Shown: piece by piece, positions 45,524 through 53,366 of the stretch | Numbering within the stretch: the first letter of the stretch is position 1 | Layout: every line of letters starts with the position of its first letter | Assembly: GCA_903960915.1 (NCBI GenBank) | Contig: CAJCCO010000043.1 | Location: 6,574-70,573 of the forward strand | Direction: 5' to 3' | Length of the DNA stretch: 64,000 bases | Source: an uncultured beta proteobacterium | GTDB lineage: Bacteria; Pseudomonadota; Gammaproteobacteria; Burkholderiales; Burkholderiaceae_C | The notes under the pieces: model-generated | Database searches by the model: none | Told to the model about the DNA's origin: nothing | Seen by the model: only the letters and a program-made list of their open reading frames with translations | Position numbers and translations under genes: made by a program

Positions 45524-47380
45524 ATGAAACAACTTACAAAACAATTTGCCCTGTCGGCTAGCGCCCTGGCTGCGGCCCTACTGATTACCGCCTGCGGCGG
45601 TGGTGCCTCAACAGATGACACAACGGCACCAACAGTGACCATTACCGATAGCGTGGCTGATACTACGGCAACTGGCAATGTGACGTTTACGTTCACCTTC
45701 AGCGAAAGTGTGGGTGCCAGTTTTACAGTGGATGACATCACGGTTACCGGCGGTGTTAAATCTACTTTCACCATGGCTGACACTGGTTTGAGTGCCACCT
45801 TGTTGGTGGTGCCAACGGCCAATACCACGGGTACGATTTCAGTCGCGGTAGCGGCAGACAAATTCAAGGACGCAGCAAACGTCGTCAATACTCTGTCAGC
45901 CACAGCAACCCAGGCTTACAACACGGTGACGGAAGGTACCGCGCTCAACTTTGAGACGGGCGGAAAAGGCGCTGCATTTACCTGGAAAACTTTTGAGAAT
46001 GATACGAACCCTGCCGTTGAAATTGTGGCGAACCCCAATACAACAGGTATCAATTCATCAACCAAGGTGGCTAAATTCACGACATTGGCAACGGGGGCTC
46101 CCTACGCTGGGTTTGAAAGCAAGCATGGTACAGATTTGGGGACTGTGAAACTGAGTGCTGCTAACGCCCTTGTGAAGATCATGGTCTACAAAACGGTTAT
46201 CAGTGATGTGGGCATTAAATTTGCCAACGCTACAGATGGTTCTACTGGTGAGATCAAAGTGCCCAATACAAAAGTTAATGAATGGGAAGAATTAACTTTT
46301 GACTTCTCTGCTGTGATTGGTGGTGTGAATGATGCAATTGATCAAATCATATTCATGCCGGATTTCAAAGCGCGAAGTGCTGACAATATTATCTACATTG
46401 ACAACATAACCTTCTCAGCCAAGCCAGTAGCTGCGACATTTCCTGTCTCTTTTGATGAGGCAACTCCGCCAAAATTTGCGGGGTTTAATGGAGCCGAGGA
46501 CACATCTATTAAACCTGGGCCAACCGGTGGTACCGGTGATGCCTTGAAGATCATTCGCAACACTGGTGATACTTGGGCTGGCGCCAAGTTGACGGAAATG
46601 AGCGTGGGTATCACGACAACAAACAACACGGTATCCGCAAAGGTTTACTCACCCACAGCGGGGATTCCTTTCGAACTTAAATTAGAGGGCAGCAAAAGTG
46701 ATACTGGAGAAATCGCTGCAAATGAGGCGGTTGTTGTTGGTTGGCAAACCCTCACCTGGACGGTGCCTAGCGGCAAGATTGGGCCAGTTCGGGATGTTGT
46801 TGTCTTTTTACCCAATAATCGGACGGTGGGTGCCGGCGAAATTTATTACATCGACGATATCAAGATAGTCGCTGGCGCGGTTGCTCCCGTTGTGGTCTCC
46901 ACATTGCCGGTTACCTTTGATGGTGTCGGTGTCACATATAAATTTACTGGCTTTGGTGGTACATCCGCGGAACTGGCGGCGGATCCAGCGGGTGGCGCCA
47001 ATAAGGTGGCTAAGGCCATTAAATCGGCAACTGCAGAATCTTGGGCGGGCGTCACTTTCTCCACAGGTGCGAGCGATTCAATAGCCACGGTTCCATTCAC
47101 TTCCACCGCTAAGTCGATGACCTTGCGTGTGTATTCGCCTGCTTCTGGTATCCCAGTTCTTTTGAAGCTTGAGGATGCGTCGAATAAAGATAAGAATACA
47201 GAGGTCCAGGTAAACACGACAGCGGCTAATGCGTGGCAAACCCTGACCTTTACTTTTGCCGGTGCAGACGTGACTACAACCTACAACAAGGCCTCGGTGT
47301 TCTATAACTTTGGGACGACTGGTGCAACGGGTGGCGGTGGCACCTTCTACTTTGACGATCTGACCTTTGTGGCGCCCTAA
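45524..47380 (+). CDS. Lipoprotein with Ig-like stalk and three CBM-like repeats (candidate surface glycan-binding protein)
   Basis: 618 aa with lipobox LLITAC|GGG and an Ig-like module FSESVGASFTVDDITVTGG, as in the GH16 protein. Three ~150-aa modules follow, each ending in a Y(I/Y/F)DD/N(I/L)(T/K)F/I motif (IYIDNITFS, IYYIDDIKIV, FYFDDLTFV). Confidence 0.65.
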   Translation: MKQLTKQFALSASALAAALLITACGGGASTDDTTAPTVTITDSVADTTATGNVTFTFTFSESVGASFTVDDITVTGGVKSTFTMADTGLSATLLVVPTANTTGTISVAVAADKFKDAANVVNTLSATATQAYNTVTEGTALNFETGGKGAAFTWKTFENDTNPAVEIVANPNTTGINSSTKVAKFTTLATGAPYAGFESKHGTDLGTVKLSAANALVKIMVYKTVISDVGIKFANATDGSTGEIKVPNTKVNEWEELTFDFSAVIGGVNDAIDQIIFMPDFKARSADNIIYIDNITFSAKPVAATFPVSFDEATPPKFAGFNGAEDTSIKPGPTGGTGDALKIIRNTGDTWAGAKLTEMSVGITTTNNTVSAKVYSPTAGIPFELKLEGSKSDTGEIAANEAVVVGWQTLTWTVPSGKIGPVRDVVVFLPNNRTVGAGEIYYIDDIKIVAGAVAPVVVSTLPVTFDGVGVTYKFTGFGGTSAELAADPAGGANKVAKAIKSATAESWAGVTFSTGASDSIATVPFTSTAKSMTLRVYSPASGIPVLLKLEDASNKDKNTEVQVNTTAANAWQTLTFTFAGADVTTTYNKASVFYNFGTTGATGGGGTFYFDDLTFVAP

Positions 47381-47465
47381 GTAATCAACCATGAAAAGCC
47401 TTTCGGAATGGATTTCAATGGATGGCTGCGGGAATGACGCGCATACAAATTATTTGGGGTGAAAC

Positions 47466-49139
47466 ATGAAACAAAAAGTTAGATTGATACCAGCAGCTGC
47501 GTTGCTCATGCTCGCCGCCTGCGGCGGCGGTAACAGCGGGTCATCGGATACCCCTGCCGTAACGCCGACCAGTGGCCTCGCGGTGGACGGTTACCTGAAA
47601 CAGGCCAACGTCACCTGCGATGCCAACGGCAACGGCTTGGTGGACAGCGGAGAAGTGAAGGTCACCACAGATGCTGTGGGCGCCTTCAGCTTTCCAAGTG
47701 GGTGTAGCTACGGGATCATCGTCACAGGCGGTATCAACGTCGACACGAACCAGGCCTTTACCGGTGTCTTGAAAGCCCCGGCTGGCGCTAAGGTGGCAAC
47801 CCCGTTGACCACCTTGCTGGTGGGCGGCATGACCCCGGCTGAGCTCAAGACCTCTTTGGGGCTTGATGCCAACATGGATTTGTTGACGCTTGACCCAGCC
47901 GCTAAGAGTGGCGGCACCTACACCAATTTGGCGTTGTTTCAGAAGACGTTGGCTGTTCAGCAGCTGATGCAAAAAACTGCCGAATCTTTGGGTGGGTTGG
48001 CTTCAGCAACGGGTAGCGATGCGCTGCAGCCCATTTACACCGAAGTGGCTAAAGCCTTTGCGACCGCCATGAAGAGTTCTTCAAGCGGAAACCTTGCCAG
48101 CAGCACGGCTTTGAATCAAACCCTGGTGGAGTCGCTGGTGAGTGCTGCAACCACCCGTGTGGCCGCCTCTGATACGGTTAGCCCCAGTGTGAGAACCGCC
48201 TTGGTTTCGGTTAATTCCGCCACGTTTGCGGCGGTGATTGGGTCCTCTCTCAAGGTGCAGGCAGACGCTATTTTGCAGTCCAGCGACAGCACCTTGGTGT
48301 CGGTCACCACCACGCAGCAAGGCGATGACAAGGTTTCTGCGTTTGCCCTAGAGAAAAAATCATCGCTGAATTTGTTGCCTACTTCAACCGAAATTGCGGT
48401 GTTGAAAACTACCCTTTCAGAAACGGTGGCGGCTCCAAGCACGCCGGTTGTGGCTAACAACTACATCAAGCTGGTGGACAACACCATCAGCCTGACGTCG
48501 GGTACTGCCAGCACCGCTTACACCGCTGCAGCCTTTCAATCGGCTGCAGGTATATCGGTTGCTTGGCCGCTGTCAACGTCTTCGATGCTCGATCTGTCTT
48601 TGGCCGAGGTGGGCACTTTCACAATCGAAGAGGGTAAGAAACTGAGTGCTGCTTTCAAGGTGACGGATGAGTCGGGAAGTTCTGCTGAAGTGCGCGGCTT
48701 CATTGACAACATCTCAATCGCTAAAACCAGCAGTGGCTTGGTCTTGCGGGTGGCCAACACGGCAACTGCCAAGGTCTATGGCGTCTCCAGCGATGGTAAG
48801 AAAAAGGCAGTCGTCAACTTCTCTAGCAGCGTGGCTGGCATTACCAATACGCTCAAAGCGACAGGCAGCAACAGCATTATTTTGGGTGAAGTGGTGAATT
48901 ACGCCATTACCAGCCTGAGCAATGACTTCACGGGCATCAGCGAGTTGAGTGGTAAATACAAGGTGACCTTGGTCATCAGTGATTTGCCCTTGCGCAAGGC
49001 GGATGGCACTAAATTCGAGCTCATGGGAGTTGATGTGCCCACTGGCCTGAGCAGTGTGGGCGCTACCACCAGCTCGAGCGCCGTGGTGGGCTATGGATTG
49101 ACCGGCTACATTACATTGACAAATACCAATGAACGATGA
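47466..49139 (+). CDS. Lipoprotein of unknown function
   Basis: 557 aa with lipobox LMLAAC|GGGNSGSS. The N-terminal VDGYLKQANVTCDANGNGLVDSGE is a Ca-binding-like DxNxNGxxD loop. An Ala/Ser/Thr/Leu-rich middle and a beta-rich C-terminus follow. I recognise no family. Confidence 0.6.
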   Translation: MKQKVRLIPAAALLMLAACGGGNSGSSDTPAVTPTSGLAVDGYLKQANVTCDANGNGLVDSGEVKVTTDAVGAFSFPSGCSYGIIVTGGINVDTNQAFTGVLKAPAGAKVATPLTTLLVGGMTPAELKTSLGLDANMDLLTLDPAAKSGGTYTNLALFQKTLAVQQLMQKTAESLGGLASATGSDALQPIYTEVAKAFATAMKSSSSGNLASSTALNQTLVESLVSAATTRVAASDTVSPSVRTALVSVNSATFAAVIGSSLKVQADAILQSSDSTLVSVTTTQQGDDKVSAFALEKKSSLNLLPTSTEIAVLKTTLSETVAAPSTPVVANNYIKLVDNTISLTSGTASTAYTAAAFQSAAGISVAWPLSTSSMLDLSLAEVGTFTIEEGKKLSAAFKVTDESGSSAEVRGFIDNISIAKTSSGLVLRVANTATAKVYGVSSDGKKKAVVNFSSSVAGITNTLKATGSNSIILGEVVNYAITSLSNDFTGISELSGKYKVTLVISDLPLRKADGTKFELMGVDVPTGLSSVGATTSSSAVVGYGLTGYITLTNTNER

Positions 49140-50278
49140 CCGCTCCTGAACCTTTCAAATCAGCCGCTGCGCAGCGAAAGTTGCGGGGGGGCTGGCTTGT
49201 AGGGGGGGGGCTGTGGATGGTGGCGGCATGGTGCGGTCAAGCAGTGGCGGCGCCTCTCGATGGGCTGCTGACGGCTGCACCTGATACGGGTGCCTCTACG
49301 TTTTCCCTGGCCTTGGCCACGGACCACATGAATAGCAGTCTTGATATTTTCAAGGTGCGCAGCAACGACGCCAGCCTTGAGTCGGCCAACACGGGTGATT
49401 ACTCGGGCCAGCACCTCACGGCCATTTGGCAGGCGGCGCCTGATGTCTGGTTGTCGGGCAGTTGGTGGCGGCGGGCTGTCATCAGCGCGGCCGACACCTA
49501 CCGTTACAACAGTTGGCAAGTGTCTGGTCAATACCGTTTTCTCCAAGCCAGGGACGCCTGGCCTGCCATGGCGGTTCGTCTGTCTTCCTGGGGCAATGAG
49601 GCCAGCGCAACGGAGACCACCTCGCCTGTGCGCGTGCCGGGTGCGATTTTGAACACGGTGAAGATCACTCAACCGGCGGACCAGCAGGTGCAGCTTGATC
49701 TGGTGGGTAGCTGGCAGCTGACGCCCGCCTCCGAGCTGAGTTTGTTTGCCAGTGGCGGTGTCTCACGCTTGTCGTATGGCGGCTTGTCGGCCACCACGAC
49801 ACAGAACGGCTGCAACTACCAACTTCAGTTCACGGGCAATTCTATTTACGGCAGTCTTGCCCCGTCCTGTAGCGGCTCTTCAGGGGTCATAGAACAGTTC
49901 TTTGACAGCAGTGGCGACTACGGCGTCGATGTAGCCAAAGAGATTGCCTGGCGCGGCAAGTTCATTCAACTTGGGGTGAATGGCAACTGGCGCAACGGCC
50001 CCTGGAAGCTGGCGGCTGGGTACCACGTGAATGTTATTTCGCGCTCGGATGTGGACCAAATTCTCAGAGCCCGCAGCAAAACGCCTTACACCAGCAACAA
50101 GGCGTTGGTGCTTCAGGCGAATTACCGTTTCAACAACACCTTCAGCACCTTTGCCCAAGCCCAGTACAACACCAATTTGTTTTTCAATGACCTGCCAGTC
50201 ACTTACAACAGCAGTACGTCAGAGCGTTTTTCGCGAAGTTACTCGCTCTACACCGTGGGTGTACGGGCCGACTTTTAA
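49136..50278 (+). CDS. Putative outer-membrane beta-barrel protein of unknown family
   Basis: 380 aa. Its ATGA start/stop overlap with the preceding lipoprotein gene indicates coupling. The signal-like N-terminus is ...WLVGGGLWMVAAWCGQAVA|AP. It has aromatic-rich alternating segments and a terminal YTVGVRADF (C-terminal Phe beta-signal). Confidence 0.55.
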   Translation: MTAPEPFKSAAAQRKLRGGWLVGGGLWMVAAWCGQAVAAPLDGLLTAAPDTGASTFSLALATDHMNSSLDIFKVRSNDASLESANTGDYSGQHLTAIWQAAPDVWLSGSWWRRAVISAADTYRYNSWQVSGQYRFLQARDAWPAMAVRLSSWGNEASATETTSPVRVPGAILNTVKITQPADQQVQLDLVGSWQLTPASELSLFASGGVSRLSYGGLSATTTQNGCNYQLQFTGNSIYGSLAPSCSGSSGVIEQFFDSSGDYGVDVAKEIAWRGKFIQLGVNGNWRNGPWKLAAGYHVNVISRSDVDQILRARSKTPYTSNKALVLQANYRFNNTFSTFAQAQYNTNLFFNDLPVTYNSSTSERFSRSYSLYTVGVRADF

Positions 50279-50344
50279 AGCCTCAGTCCGTGGCGGGCTG
50301 CGTGTATTATCAAAAGCGTCATGATCCTTGCAAAGCTTTATTCA

Positions 50345-50788
50345 ATGCCTACCTCGCGTAATTCCTTCCACCGCAGAATCCAACGCGGCTTCACCCTGAT
50401 CGAGCTCATGGTGGTGCTGCTCATCATTGGTGTGCTGGCGGCCTTGATCGTGCCCAATGTGCTGGACCGGGCAGATGATGCGCGCGGTACAGCGGCCAAG
50501 ACCGATGTCAGCAACCTGATGCAGGCGCTCAAGCTCTACAAGCTGGACAACCAGCGCTACCCCAGCACCGCGCAAGGGTTGCAGGCCTTGCGCGTTAAAC
50601 CTACGGCAGACCCGGTACCGGGCAACTGGAAGCCCTACCTGGACCAGTTGCCCAACGACCCTTGGGGTCGACCCTATATTTACCTTAATCCGGGCGTCAA
50701 GGGCGAGGTCGATGTGATGTCTTTTGGCGCCGACGGCCAGTCTGGCGGCGAGGGTAAAAATGCCGATGTTGGCAGCTGGCAGCCCTGA
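50345..50788 (+). CDS. gspG: Type II secretion system major pseudopilin GspG
   Basis: Prepilin leader ...RRIQRG|FTLIELMVVLLIIGVLAALIVP. DPWGRPYIYLNPG...DVMSFGADGQSGGEGKNADV is canonical GspG. Confidence 0.9.
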   Translation: MPTSRNSFHRRIQRGFTLIELMVVLLIIGVLAALIVPNVLDRADDARGTAAKTDVSNLMQALKLYKLDNQRYPSTAQGLQALRVKPTADPVPGNWKPYLDQLPNDPWGRPYIYLNPGVKGEVDVMSFGADGQSGGEGKNADVGSWQP

Positions 50789-51209
50789 GCGCGCCTCAGG
50801 TTTCACCCTGCTGGAGTTGCTGGTGGTGTTGGCCATAGTGGCCATTGCCTCCGCTGGCGTCAGCCTGTCACTGCGTGACACCAGCCAGACCGCCTTGGCG
50901 GCAGATGCGCAACGCCTGGCTGCCGCGCTTGATGCGGCCCGCGCGCGCTCACAAGTCAGCGGCGTGCCGGTGCGTTTTGTGGCCGACGACAAACAAACCC
51001 GCTTTGAAGGACTGGCCCAGGCCGATGCGCCTGCCCTGGCCTGGGGCCCGAACACCCGCGTGGTGGGCCCGGTAAATCTGCTGCTGGGCCCCGAGCCGGT
51101 GATTGACCCGCAGCAACTGCAACTTCAATCCATCAACCCACCGGGCCAGCGACTGACCCTGGCCACCGATGGCGTGCGTCCGTTTGCCGTGCAAACCGCG
51201 GCGCCGTGA
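50760..51209 (+). CDS. gspH: Type II secretion system minor pseudopilin GspH
   Basis: MPMLAAGSPERASG|FTLLELLVVLAIVAIASAG prepilin N-terminus. Position is after gspG. The ATG at 50760 is preceded by GAGGG. Confidence 0.8.
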   Translation: MPMLAAGSPERASGFTLLELLVVLAIVAIASAGVSLSLRDTSQTALAADAQRLAAALDAARARSQVSGVPVRFVADDKQTRFEGLAQADAPALAWGPNTRVVGPVNLLLGPEPVIDPQQLQLQSINPPGQRLTLATDGVRPFAVQTAAP

Positions 51210-51219
51210 ATTTGTCCTT

Positions 51220-51585
51220 ATGAAAACGGCCATGCCTGCAAAGGGCTTCACGCTGATTGAGGTGCTGGTGGCGCTGGGCATTGTGGCCATTGCGCTGATG
51301 GCCGGTTTGCAGGCTACCGGCGCCTTAAGCAACCACGCGCAGCGCCAGGTGGACGTGTTGCTGGCGCAAACCTGCGCAGAAAATGAATTGATCAAGTTGC
51401 GCCTGGCCAAACAAATGCCCGGCGTGGGCGACAGCGTGGTGGACTGCCCGCAAGCGGGGCAAACGTTCACGGTGAAGCTGGTGGTGCGGCCTACGCCCAA
51501 CCCGAGTTTCATGCGCGTGGAGGCGCAGGTCAGTACGCCGCAATACCCGGTACTGCAAGTGATGACGGTGTTGGGGCGTTACTGA
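51220..51585 (+). CDS. gspI: Type II secretion system minor pseudopilin GspI
   Basis: MKTAMPAKG|FTLIEVLVALGIVAIAL. About 121 aa, in the conserved position. Confidence 0.8.
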   Translation: MKTAMPAKGFTLIEVLVALGIVAIALMAGLQATGALSNHAQRQVDVLLAQTCAENELIKLRLAKQMPGVGDSVVDCPQAGQTFTVKLVVRPTPNPSFMRVEAQVSTPQYPVLQVMTVLGRY

Positions 51586-52367
51586 TGCGCGCCCGTTCTT
51601 GGCCCTTAGTGGCCCCACAACGCGGCTTCACCCTGATTGAGTTGCTGGTGGCGATCAGCCTGATGGCGGTGATGTCGGTGTTGAGCTGGCGCGGGCTTGA
51701 TGGCATGACCCGCTCGCAGAGCCGCTTGCAACAGCATGGCAACGAGGTGCAGGCCCTGCAGGCCGCGTTGGCGCAATGGGGCGTTGACCTGGATGCGATG
51801 GCGATTCAACCCCAAACGCCTAGCCTGGACTGGGATGGCCGGGCCCTGCGTATCGTGCGCCAGGGTGTGCTGCCAGGCGAGGGGCTGCGCGTGGTGGCCT
51901 GGACGCGGCGCAATGTGGGCTTGACGAGTTCAAATGACCCAACTGGCCAGTGGCTGCGCTGGCAGTCGCCCCCGCTAACCACGCGCGTGGCCCTGTTGCA
52001 GGCCTGGCAACAGGCGGCCGACTGGGGGCAATACGTCAGTGCTGCGGACGCCCAGCGCGAGGTGCGCCTGGTGCCGCTGTCGCAGTGGCAAATTTTTTAT
52101 TACCGGCAAGACGCCTGGAGCAACCCTTTGTCCAGCGCGGGTACCCCTGCCACCACACCTACACCCGAACCCGCTCCTGCACCTGCACCTGCACCCGCAC
52201 CTTCCCCCCCACAAGGACAAGGGCAGGGCGCCCAAGCCCCGGTTCAGGGCAAGCCCGAAGCACTGCCTGACGGTATTCGGCTGGTGCTGCAATTGGCCCC
52301 GGGACAGGCGGTGAGCGGCCAGCTCACGCGCGACTGGATTCGCCCCGGCGTGGGAGGTGGCAAATGA
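51585..52367 (+). CDS. gspJ: Type II secretion system minor pseudopilin GspJ (with Pro/Ala/Gln-rich insertion)
   Basis: ...PQRG|FTLIELLVAISLMAVMSVLSWRGLDGM. TGATG overlap with gspI. A low-complexity TPATTPTPEPAPAPAPAPAPSPPQGQGQGAQAPVQGKPEA segment lies near the C-terminus. Confidence 0.8.
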   Translation: MRARSWPLVAPQRGFTLIELLVAISLMAVMSVLSWRGLDGMTRSQSRLQQHGNEVQALQAALAQWGVDLDAMAIQPQTPSLDWDGRALRIVRQGVLPGEGLRVVAWTRRNVGLTSSNDPTGQWLRWQSPPLTTRVALLQAWQQAADWGQYVSAADAQREVRLVPLSQWQIFYYRQDAWSNPLSSAGTPATTPTPEPAPAPAPAPAPSPPQGQGQGAQAPVQGKPEALPDGIRLVLQLAPGQAVSGQLTRDWIRPGVGGGK

Positions 52368-53347
52368 CACGGCTGCGTAGGCATGCCAGGCCACAAAGTG
52401 GTGCGGCCATTTTGAGCGCCATGCTGACGGTTGTGCTGGTGGCCTCTTTGGCCGCCAGCATGCTGTGGCAGCAATGGCGCAACGTCGAGGTAGAAGCGGC
52501 ACAACGCACCCGAACGCAGTCTGCCTGGGTGCTGTTTGGCGCACTGGACTGGGCGCGGTTAATTTTGCGTGAAGACGCCCGCAAAGGCGGCGCCGACCAC
52601 CTGGGCGAACCCTGGGCGGTGCCGCTGGCGCAAACCCGGTTGTCCACCTTTTTGTCGAACGACCGCAGCGATGCCCTGGCGGCGCAGGCCGAGCAAGCCT
52701 CGTTTGTATCGGGGCAGGTGCAAGACCTGCAAGCGCGCCTCAATGTCACCAACCTGTTGCAGGACGGCAAGATTCATTCGCCCAGCCAACTGGCTTTTGC
52801 CCGCCTCTTTGCGCAACTGAACCTGCCTGAATCGGAGTTGAAGGGCTTGACCGAGCAACTGCTGGCCGCCCACGGCGCCACGCTGGTAGCCAAGCCCAAT
52901 ATGGCGGCCCCTTTGTGGCCGCAAGAGGTGGCGCAACTCGCCTGGTTGGGCTTGTCCAACCGCAGCCTGCGGCGCTTGCAGCCCTTCATCACGCTGTTGC
53001 CCGAGCGCACGCCGGTTAACCTCAACACCGCCTCGGCCGAGGTGCTGTATGCCTGCGTGCCAGGCATTGAAATGGCGGACGCCCAGCGCCTGGTGCAGGC
53101 GCGCAGCCAGTCGCCCTTAACCACGTTGGAGGACGCCCGCAAAGCGCTGGGGCTCAATAAATCGCCTTTCAATGACTTGGCGCACAGCGTGGCTACGCGT
53201 TACTTTGAAGTCAGCGGCCTGTTGCAAATAGACCAGAGCACGGTCCATGAGTTGTCGCTGTTGCGCCGCGACGGGGCGGAGGTCAAAGTTTTGTCCCGTC
53301 AACGTGGTGCCAGCGGGCTGCCAGCCCAGGCAGTCGCCCTACAATGA
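52364..53347 (+). CDS. gspK: Type II secretion system minor pseudopilin GspK
   Basis: 327 aa. N-terminal GAAILSAMLTVVLVASLAASMLW. The size, the HhH-like region LNTASAEVLYACVPGIEMADAQRLVQAR and the position fit. Confidence 0.8.
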   Translation: MTRLRRHARPQSGAAILSAMLTVVLVASLAASMLWQQWRNVEVEAAQRTRTQSAWVLFGALDWARLILREDARKGGADHLGEPWAVPLAQTRLSTFLSNDRSDALAAQAEQASFVSGQVQDLQARLNVTNLLQDGKIHSPSQLAFARLFAQLNLPESELKGLTEQLLAAHGATLVAKPNMAAPLWPQEVAQLAWLGLSNRSLRRLQPFITLLPERTPVNLNTASAEVLYACVPGIEMADAQRLVQARSQSPLTTLEDARKALGLNKSPFNDLAHSVATRYFEVSGLLQIDQSTVHELSLLRRDGAEVKVLSRQRGASGLPAQAVALQ

Positions 53348-53366
53348 TTCGAGAGACCTGCCGCGC

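Noticed and set aside
50326-50345. TTGCAAAGCTTTATTCA upstream of gspG as a possible fifth LacI operator linking the T2SS to the regulon
   Set aside because: It cannot be aligned to TGAAAGCGCTTTCA without indels and several mismatches. Any regulatory link between the regulon and the T2SS must be tested experimentally.
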